Part shown: one piece after another, positions 38,101-45,418 of the stretch | How the letters are laid out: each line of letters starts with the position of its first letter | Numbering within the stretch: the first letter of the stretch is position 1 | Assembly (NCBI GenBank): GCA_020848655.1 | Contig: JADLHU010000115.1 | Location: 11,899 to 75,898, forward strand | Length of the DNA stretch: 64,000 nt | DNA from: Novosphingobium sp. | GTDB taxonomy: Bacteria; Pseudomonadota; Alphaproteobacteria; Sphingomonadales; Sphingomonadaceae | Direction of reading: 5' to 3' | The notes under the pieces: model-generated | Told to the model about the DNA's origin: nothing | The model's database searches: none | What the model saw: only the letters and a program-made list of their open reading frames with translations | Translations under genes and position numbers: made by a program

Positions 38101-38173
38101 GGCGGCGATGTGTCGGGGATGGGCGCCGCGTCAGGCGGCGATGTATCGGATTTGGGCGCCGCCTCAGGCGGCG
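38101..38173. repeat. Imperfect 33-bp tandem repeat (about 2.2 copies)
   Basis: GGCGGCGATGTGTCGGGGATGGGCGCCGCGTCA / GGCGGCGATGTATCGGATTTGGGCGCCGCCTCA / GGCGGCG. Confidence 0.7.
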
Positions 38174-38460
38174 CGGGGGCAATAGGCCGTGAAATAGCCG
38201 ACGATCGCGGATTCCAGCGGCATGTCGAATTCCACCCCGGCATCGTGGTGCGCGCACCAGCGCACGGTCGCGGGCAGCGGGCCGACGGGGCCGAGGTTCA
38301 GTTCGATGCGTTCGCCGGTCGCCAGGCTGCCTTCGCCTTCGGCCAGCCGGCACCCGGTGGCCGAGATCTGCGTCACGAAGCCGGTGCGATATCGCCCGGT
38401 CGCCGCGCGATATGTTGCCGCCACCTCGACTGAAAGCCGCGTATGCCGCCTGCGATCCAT
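38164..38460 (-). CDS. Stand-alone PilZ domain protein
   Basis: 'RRHTR' and 'QISATGC', 'VRW', 'GVEF'; the real gene is the last 98 aa of the 945-aa shadow ORF. Confidence 0.85.
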   Translation of the reverse strand: MDRRRHTRLSVEVAATYRAATGRYRTGFVTQISATGCRLAEGEGSLATGERIELNLGPVGPLPATVRWCAHHDAGVEFDMPLESAIVGYFTAYCPRAA

Positions 38461-38552
38461 CCTGCGTCCCCTGTTATGTCCCGCAGGTGTTGTGGCACCG
38501 TTAAGCTTAAGGCGAGGCTGCGACATTGGGTTAACCGATCGTTGCGCGGCGT

Positions 38553-38603
38553 TTGCCAGGAAACCGTCATCCCGCCGACATGAAGCTGGAGCGATAGTGT
38601 CAT
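38553..38603 (+). promoter_or_regulatory. Pho box array upstream of phoX
   Basis: 11-bp period TTGCCAG, CCGTCAT, CCGACAT, CTGGAGC, GTGTCAT. Confidence 0.65.
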
Positions 38604-38673
38604 GGAGCCCAGCTAACCCACCCCGGCGAATCCAGTCGGCCACAGGGCCAGTCCGCCAAAGGGGAAACACACC

Positions 38674-41133
38674 ATGCGCGCGTTGCATCACACCGTCGGC
38701 TATAGCGATGGCGATATCGACACCAATCCGTCCGCCAACCCGTCGCTCGCCGCGATCGTCGAGGAACGCTATTCGCGCCGGCAGACGCTGTTCGGCGGGC
38801 TTTCGGCGACGGCGGTGGCGCTGCTGGGCACCACGTTCCTCAGCGCCTGCGGCGATGACAACACGCCGCCCGTGGTCAGCGCCGGGCAGAACGGCACGTC
38901 CAGTTCGGGCCGCATCGTCACGCTGACGGGCACCGCCGAAGACAAGGACGGCATCGCCACTTATGCCTGGACCCAGACCGCGGGGCCGACCGTGACGCTG
39001 ACCGGCGTGACCAGCGCTACCGCGAAATTCCTGGCCCCCAGCGTCAGCGCCTCCACCGATCTCAAGTTCCGCCTCGATGTGACCGACACCAAGGGCAAGT
39101 TGACGAGTTCGACGACCACCGTCACCGTCACGCCGGGCGTGCTCGGCTTCACCGCCGTGCCCAAGGGCAAGGACGATATCGTCACGGTTCCGGCCGGCTA
39201 CACCGCGACGGTGCTCTACCGCCTGGGCGATCCGCTGGCGGCGGGCGTTGCCGCTTATGCCAACGATGGCAGCGACACCGGCTTCGCCCAGCGCGCCGGC
39301 GATCACCATGACGGCATGACCTGGTTCGGCCTGTCGAGCGCGGGCGCGGTCGATGCCGCATCGAGCACGCGCGGACTGATGTGCATCAACCATGAAAACA
39401 TCACGCAGTCCTATCTGCACACCGCCGGCGCCACCAACAGCGGCGGCGCGCGGCCCTATGCCGAAGTGATCAAGGAAATAGAGGCGCACGGCGTCAGCGT
39501 GGTCGAGTTCGGCAAGGGCGCGAACGGCTGGGGTTATGTCCAGAATTCCGCGTTCAACCGCCGTATCACGCCGCTCACGCCGATGACGATCAGCGGTCCG
39601 GCGCGCGGCGCGGCGCAGTTGAAGACGGTCTATTCCACCGATGCCACGCAAGCGCGCGGCACGATCAACAACTGCGCTAACGGCCATACGCCGTGGAACA
39701 CGTATCTGACGTGCGAGGAAAACTGGTCGGGCTATTTCCGCCGCGACGCCAGCGACGTGACCGCGCGCCCGGCGATCGCCGCCAAGCTCCAGACGTCGCT
39801 GGCCCGTTACGGCAAGGGCGCGGCGTCTGCCGGCAACTATGGCTGGACCACCGCCACCGCGCCGGCTGGCGATACCGGCCTCGCCAAGTTCAACATCACG
39901 CTCGATCCGGCCAAGCCGGTGGACGGCACCGGGGATTTCCGAAACGAAATCAATCAGTATGGCTGGGTTGTTGAGATCGATCCCTATGACCCCGCGTCCG
40001 CCCCGCGCAAGCGCACCGCGCTGGGCCGCATGAACCACGAAGGCGCCTGTCCGGGCCGCTTCACCGCCGGCACGAAGCCCGCGTGGTACATGGGCGACGA
40101 TGCGCAGAACGAATATCTCTACAAGTTCGTTTCGGCCACGGCCTGGTCGGCGGGTGATGCCAGCGCCACCAATCGCCTGGCGATTGGCGACAAGTATCTT
40201 GATGCTGGAACGCTTTATGTGGCGAAGTTCAATGCCGATGGCAGCGGGCAGTGGCTGCCCTTGGTGTTCGGCACCGGCCCGCTGACCGCCGCCAACGCGA
40301 CCTATCCCTTCGCCGATCAGGCCGATGTGCTGGTCAATACGCGGCTGGCCGGCGATGCGGTGGGCGCGACCCGGATGGATCGCCCCGAATGGACGGCGGT
40401 GAACCCGGCGAACGGCGAGGTCTACCTGACGCTCACCAACAATTCGTCGCGCACCGTCGCCACCACCGATGCCGCCAATCCGCGCGCCTATACCGATCCC
40501 AAGACCACCGGCAGCGCCACCAACGGCAATGCCAACGGCCACATCATCCGCCTGAAGGAAACCGGCGACAGCACCGAGGCGACGACATTCGCCTGGGATA
40601 TCTATGCCTTCGGCGCGGGCGCCGATCTCGATGCCACGAACATCAACCTGTCGGGCCTCGATGCCACCAACGACAGGTCCTCGCCCGATGGCCTGTGGTT
40701 CGGCCGCACCAGCAATGCCAGCGGGCTGGTGAAGCCCTTGCTGTGGATACAGACCGATGACGGTGCCTATACCGACGTGACGAACTGCATGATGCTGTGC
40801 GGCCAGCCCGGCACGGTGGGCGATGGCGCAGCGCGCACGATCACCAACACCATCGGCGCCACGTCCGGCACGCAGGCCACGCGCGTCGGCGCGGCGCCGG
40901 GCGCCGGCTTGCGCCGCTTTCTGGTGGGGCCGAAGGAGTGCGAGATCACCGGCATCGACACGACGCCCGATGGCACGGCGGTGTTCGTCAACATCCAGCA
41001 CCCCGGCGAAAACGGCAATCCGGCCAACGTGACCAGCAACTGGCCCGCCAGCCAGACCGGCACCGCCAGCGGCCGCCCGCGCTCGGCCACGGTGGTCATC
41101 ACCAAGAACGATGGCGGGGTCGTCGGCCTCTAA
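38674..41133 (+). CDS. phoX: PhoX family alkaline phosphatase (Tat lipoprotein with an Ig/PKD-like insert)
   Basis: 'SRRQTL' Tat motif, LSAC lipobox, 'HDGM', 'NHE', 'NNCANG.TPW.TYLTCEEN', 'ALGR..HE', 'MDRPE', 'PD', 'NIQHPGE'. Confidence 0.93.
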   Translation: MRALHHTVGYSDGDIDTNPSANPSLAAIVEERYSRRQTLFGGLSATAVALLGTTFLSACGDDNTPPVVSAGQNGTSSSGRIVTLTGTAEDKDGIATYAWTQTAGPTVTLTGVTSATAKFLAPSVSASTDLKFRLDVTDTKGKLTSSTTTVTVTPGVLGFTAVPKGKDDIVTVPAGYTATVLYRLGDPLAAGVAAYANDGSDTGFAQRAGDHHDGMTWFGLSSAGAVDAASSTRGLMCINHENITQSYLHTAGATNSGGARPYAEVIKEIEAHGVSVVEFGKGANGWGYVQNSAFNRRITPLTPMTISGPARGAAQLKTVYSTDATQARGTINNCANGHTPWNTYLTCEENWSGYFRRDASDVTARPAIAAKLQTSLARYGKGAASAGNYGWTTATAPAGDTGLAKFNITLDPAKPVDGTGDFRNEINQYGWVVEIDPYDPASAPRKRTALGRMNHEGACPGRFTAGTKPAWYMGDDAQNEYLYKFVSATAWSAGDASATNRLAIGDKYLDAGTLYVAKFNADGSGQWLPLVFGTGPLTAANATYPFADQADVLVNTRLAGDAVGATRMDRPEWTAVNPANGEVYLTLTNNSSRTVATTDAANPRAYTDPKTTGSATNGNANGHIIRLKETGDSTEATTFAWDIYAFGAGADLDATNINLSGLDATNDRSSPDGLWFGRTSNASGLVKPLLWIQTDDGAYTDVTNCMMLCGQPGTVGDGAARTITNTIGATSGTQATRVGAAPGAGLRRFLVGPKECEITGIDTTPDGTAVFVNIQHPGENGNPANVTSNWPASQTGTASGRPRSATVVITKNDGGVVGL

Positions 41134-41154
41134 AATGGTGTGACGTCAAACTGA

Positions 41155-41251
41155 TTCGTCCTTGCGAGGGGGAAGCTCCGCGGCAATCCAGGGCGCTTGC
41201 GTGCCGCCCTGGATTGCTTCCCCCGGCGGTTGCCGGGGTCGCAATGACGAA
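41155..41251. repeat. Alphaproteobacterial REP/RPE-like palindromic element between convergent genes
   Basis: TTCGTCCTTGCGA...GCAATCCAGGGCG-loop-CGCCCTGGATTGC...TCGCAATGACGAA nested inverted repeats. Confidence 0.65.
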
Positions 41252-41267
41252 GCACGTCCATCCTATA

Positions 41268-42677
41268 TCAGGGTGCGCCAAAGGCCGGGGCCAGCCCCAG
41301 CCAGCGCGATGCGGCGGGAATGCGCCGCAGGATCACGCGCTCCACCAGCAGCAGCGCGATCAGCGATGCGGCCAGCAGGGGCAGCGCCGCCGCCAGCAGC
41401 AGCACGATCAGCGCCATGCCGCGCAGCCTTGCCGGCGCTGCGGGCAGGGGCGGGGCGCCCAGCGTGCCCGCGGGCTTGCGCCGCCGCCACATCACGAAGC
41501 CGCTCACCACCAGCGTTACCAGCATCAGCGCGGTCGCCACGCCGACAAGCTGGTTGAACAGGCCCAGAAGCTGCCCTTCGTGCCACGCGATGCCATAGGC
41601 GACGATGCGGTCGATCGGGTGCTTGGCGGCGAAATCATCGCGCGCGGCTTCGGCGCCCGTTGCCGGATCGTAGGAGACGGATCGATTGAGCGTGCGGTTC
41701 TGCGCTTCCGATTTCACCGTCCACACATCGCCCGTGGGCGGGCCGAAGCGCTGCGGCGCGTGCGGCGGCAGGACCAGTACGGGGAAGGCCATGGCTTCGC
41801 CTCGTGCTTTTGCGACGAAGCGGGAAAGCTGCCCTGCCGGTAGCGCGGAGGCGGGCATCGCATGCGCCATTCCCGCCATTGCGGCATGATCGTGCGCGGC
41901 GTGGGGATCGGCGGGGGCGGCCACGGGCGCGCCGCCCGCGCCGACTTTCCATTGCTGCGGGCCTTTCACCCAGCCCATTTCGCTGCGCACCAGACGAAAG
42001 CCGCTGCCCCAGACCCCGGCCCAGGGCAGGCCGGTGCACAGCAGCACCAGCGCCAGGCCCGATACCCAGAACCCCGTCACCGCGTGCATGTCGCGCCAGG
42101 CCAGGCGCGATCCGTGCGACAGGCGCGGCCACGCCACGCCCGCCAGCCCGCGTCCGTCGGGCCACCACAGGTACAGGCCGGTCAGGATCATCACGATGGC
42201 CCAGCTTGCCGCCAGTTCCACCAGCCAGTCCCCGGCGCGGCCGAGCAGCAGCGATCCGTGGAAGCGCGCGATCGTGGCGGTGATGCGCGTTTCGGGATCG
42301 AGGCTGCCCAGCACTTTGCCTTGCGGCGAAACGAAGACATCGACCATCGGCTGCGCACCGGCCTGATCGCCTTTGGGCAGGGCGAGATGGACCATGGCCG
42401 CATCGCCGGCCGCTTCGGGCAGGCGATAGGCGTGGAAGCGCGCACCCGGAAAGGCCGCCAGCGCTGCCGCAAGCTGGGCGTCGGGCGAAACCGCGCCCGC
42501 CGTGCCCAGCTCGCGCCAGTCGCGTTCTTCCCAGCGATCGATCTGCGGCTTGAACAGATAGATCGCCCCGCTGCTCGCCAGCACCAGCACCAGCGGCATG
42601 ACAAGGAGCGCGGCATAGAAATGCCAGCGCCAGATCGTGCGATAGAGGGCGGCTCCCGTCATGTCCCCTGATGCCAT
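41268..42677 (-). CDS. PepSY-associated TM helix protein
   Basis: 'WRWHFYA', 'FHG.LL.G', 'RD.HAV.G', 'HEG.L.G', 'MW.RR.P'; His/Met-rich patch HAAHDHAAMAGMAHAM. Confidence 0.9.
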   Translation of the reverse strand: MASGDMTGAALYRTIWRWHFYAALLVMPLVLVLASSGAIYLFKPQIDRWEERDWRELGTAGAVSPDAQLAAALAAFPGARFHAYRLPEAAGDAAMVHLALPKGDQAGAQPMVDVFVSPQGKVLGSLDPETRITATIARFHGSLLLGRAGDWLVELAASWAIVMILTGLYLWWPDGRGLAGVAWPRLSHGSRLAWRDMHAVTGFWVSGLALVLLCTGLPWAGVWGSGFRLVRSEMGWVKGPQQWKVGAGGAPVAAPADPHAAHDHAAMAGMAHAMPASALPAGQLSRFVAKARGEAMAFPVLVLPPHAPQRFGPPTGDVWTVKSEAQNRTLNRSVSYDPATGAEAARDDFAAKHPIDRIVAYGIAWHEGQLLGLFNQLVGVATALMLVTLVVSGFVMWRRRKPAGTLGAPPLPAAPARLRGMALIVLLLAAALPLLAASLIALLLVERVILRRIPAASRWLGLAPAFGAP

Positions 42678-42691
42678 CGTGCGTCCCCCCT

Positions 42692-44695
42692 TCAGAACCG
42701 GGCGCGGACGCCGCCGTAGATGGCGCGGCGTTCGACCGGGTAGTAGATCGCCGAAGCGGCGGTGGCGGTCAGCACCGCCGAAATGTCGCCGATGGCCTTC
42801 TTGCCGGTCAGGTTGCGGGCATCGAGGAACACGTCGATGCCGTCGCGCACCGTCGCCCCGGCGGACAGGCCCAGCAGCGTATAGCCGGGCGCGCGGCTGG
42901 TGTTGGCATAGTCCGCCCAGCCGCCGTGGGGCACCCATTCCAGGTTGGGCGCGATGTGCAGCGCATCGGTGCCCAGGCGCAGTTCGCCGCGCACCACGTT
43001 CTTCGGCACCACCGGCAGGCTGTTGCTATGAAACTGCGTGTCGCCCCGAAAGCGGAAGTCCGAATATTGCCAGGTCTGGCGCAGGCGCAGCCATGCCGTC
43101 GGCTCCACGCTCAGCCCCACTTCCACGCCCTGGTGCAGCGTGCGATCGGCGTTGAAGGTGGCGGCGGGGATGTCGGCGCTGATCGAATATTGCAGCATCT
43201 CGCCCTTCAGCCGCGCGCGATAGGCCGCCACGTCCCAGCTCAGCCAGCCGGCCTTGCCACGCGTGCCGATCTCCGCCGTCCAGGCGCGCTGCGGCTTGAT
43301 GCCGGCAATCAGCGTGCTGACGCCCGAAACGGTCTGGAACACTTCGCCGAAGCCCGGAAATTCGGCCGAGCGGCTGTAGTTGGCGAAGACCTGGATATCG
43401 GCGGCAGGTTCGAACAGCACGCCGAACTTGGGCGAGAACGCATCGAAGCGCAGCCGCCCGTCCTGCATCTGCGTGGTCTTGATGCTGACCGTGCGCTTGC
43501 GGAAGCCATCGGCATAGATGCCGCCCGCGATCAGCGACAGGCCGGCGATCGGCGTGACGCGCGCTTCGGCATAGAGGTTCGCCGTGCGCGCATCCTGATC
43601 GGCATCGAACACCACCGCGCCGCGCTTGCCGTTCACGTTCTTGAACTGCCGCGCCCGCGTGCTGCCGCGCCGGATTTCTCCGCCCAAGGTCAGCGACAGC
43701 GGGCCGGCTTCGTGGTCCAGGCGGGCATAGGCGCCATAGTCGGTCGATTTCTGATCGATCACCTCGAAGATCGGGTGGAACAACTGCTTGGCGTTGACGA
43801 ACAGGCCCACGTCCAGCCGGGTCCGTCCCCAGTCGAACCGGGTGCGGTTCTGGAGGCGCAGGGAATCGATGTCGCGTTGCTGGTCGTTGGTGAAATTCCC
43901 GGTCCTGGGCCTGGTCAAGGCCACGGTGCGGGTCAGCGCGCCGGGCAGTTGCTGGTCCAGCGCGTTCACGCTGGCGTAGAGGCGCGTAGACACCGTTTCA
44001 GTGAGCTTCAGTCCGACGTTGCCGTTGAAGCGCAGCGAATGGCGCTTGGCGTGATCGCGGTCGCCGTCGGAGGTGTCGGCGCTGATGCCGGCCCAGTAGT
44101 CCGCCGGGCCGGAAGCGCCGCCGATCGTGGCCAGTCCGCGCAGCATGGCAAAGCTGCCGCCATCGGCGCGCACGTAAACGCCCGGCGCATCGCGGCCGTT
44201 CGGCGTCACGCCGTTGATCGCGCCGCCCAGCGTGCCCGAGCCAAAGCGCAGCGCGTTGGCGCCGCGATAGACTTCCAGGTGATCGAAGAAGATCGGCTCC
44301 AGTTCCTGGAAATCGCCGTTGTCGTCGGCAAGGTTGATCGGCACGCCATCCTGCAGCAGGGTCAGCCCGCGCATGTGAAAGCCGCGCGAAATGCCCGATC
44401 CGCGGATCGAAAGGCGCACTTCCTGGCCATAGCGCGGCTGGGTGTAGACGCCGGGCGAGAAGCCCAGCGTATCGCGCAGCGACACCAGCGACTTGTCGGC
44501 ATAATCGTCATACGTGACGACATCGGTGCCGCCGGCGGTCTTGTGCGCCCGCGTTTCGGCCTCGGTGGCGGCGCTGCGGCCGACCACGATGATGGTACGG
44601 CCGCTGTCGGCGTCGTCGGCTGAAACGGCGTCGTCGGCGAAGGCGGGGGTGGCCAGGGCGGCGGCGGCGGCCATGGCGATAAGCGAAGGTCTCAT
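42692..44695 (-). CDS. TonB-dependent receptor (probable metal/copper uptake)
   Basis: Signal peptide, 'TIIVVG', 'SIRGSG', 'LLQDG.P...ADD.GDF', C-terminal Phe. Confidence 0.92.
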   Translation of the reverse strand: MRPSLIAMAAAAALATPAFADDAVSADDADSGRTIIVVGRSAATEAETRAHKTAGGTDVVTYDDYADKSLVSLRDTLGFSPGVYTQPRYGQEVRLSIRGSGISRGFHMRGLTLLQDGVPINLADDNGDFQELEPIFFDHLEVYRGANALRFGSGTLGGAINGVTPNGRDAPGVYVRADGGSFAMLRGLATIGGASGPADYWAGISADTSDGDRDHAKRHSLRFNGNVGLKLTETVSTRLYASVNALDQQLPGALTRTVALTRPRTGNFTNDQQRDIDSLRLQNRTRFDWGRTRLDVGLFVNAKQLFHPIFEVIDQKSTDYGAYARLDHEAGPLSLTLGGEIRRGSTRARQFKNVNGKRGAVVFDADQDARTANLYAEARVTPIAGLSLIAGGIYADGFRKRTVSIKTTQMQDGRLRFDAFSPKFGVLFEPAADIQVFANYSRSAEFPGFGEVFQTVSGVSTLIAGIKPQRAWTAEIGTRGKAGWLSWDVAAYRARLKGEMLQYSISADIPAATFNADRTLHQGVEVGLSVEPTAWLRLRQTWQYSDFRFRGDTQFHSNSLPVVPKNVVRGELRLGTDALHIAPNLEWVPHGGWADYANTSRAPGYTLLGLSAGATVRDGIDVFLDARNLTGKKAIGDISAVLTATAASAIYYPVERRAIYGGVRARF

Positions 44696-44850
44696 GGAAA
44701 AATCCCTGAAGCTGCCTTCCGCAGTGCCCCCACGCGATTCGCGCGCCGGGAAACGGCGCGGCGGCGTGGGCGGACCTTGCGGAACTATTTTAAATCAGTG
44801 TCTTGGAAAGGGCACGCGCCAGCGATCGGCGCGCATCGGACGTGGTCCGT

Positions 44851-45261
44851 TCAGGCCCGCGCGGGTGGGCCGCGCAGCGGCGGGCGCAGATAGGCGACGC
44901 GCCGGGACTGGACTTGCGGGGCGGGGGTGAAGCCCAGCGCGATGATGAAGGCCAGAGCCAGCGCCAGCAGCGCCGGATCGGCCCCCGAAAGCGAAGCCAT
45001 GGCCAACGACGAGAACGCGCAAACACCGGAACCCTTGGCGGGCGCGGTCTGCGCCTCGCCGGGCTTGCCCGCGTGCGGCACCACGATCTGCCTGGTGATC
45101 TTCGCGCCCATCGTGTCGGCGCAGATTTCGATGGTCAGCACGCGCGATTGCTGGCCCAGCATATAGCCGGCCGGCACCAGCGCCTTCATCGCCAGCGCCG
45201 CCGCAAGCAGCAGCACGGCCAGCCGGCGATGGGCAAGCAGGAAAGCGCGCAAGGATTCCAT
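44851..45261 (-). CDS. DUF2946 family membrane protein (CruR-like uORF)
   Basis: TM plus 'PAGYM', 'IC', 'CAF', second hydrophobic segment, C-terminal 'RPPLRGPP'. Confidence 0.8.
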   Translation of the reverse strand: MESLRAFLLAHRRLAVLLLAAALAMKALVPAGYMLGQQSRVLTIEICADTMGAKITRQIVVPHAGKPGEAQTAPAKGSGVCAFSSLAMASLSGADPALLALALAFIIALGFTPAPQVQSRRVAYLRPPLRGPPARA

Positions 45262-45418
45262 CGATCGCGGCCCTTACCGGCAAATGCCCGCACTGTCACG
45301 CCGGGACGTGTCGGGAGGCGGCTGAGCCACTGAAAATTCATGAAATGTCAACCTTACCCCGCGAGTATGCATAGGCCATCGAAGCGTCTCGCAGGGTCGC
45401 ATTGCAGCGCGCTGGCCG

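Noticed and set aside
38101-38173. Mini CRISPR array
   Set aside because: Units are contiguous with no unique spacers and there are no cas genes.
45293-45299. Single CTGTCAC Pho half-site
   Set aside because: No partner half-site at 11-bp spacing.
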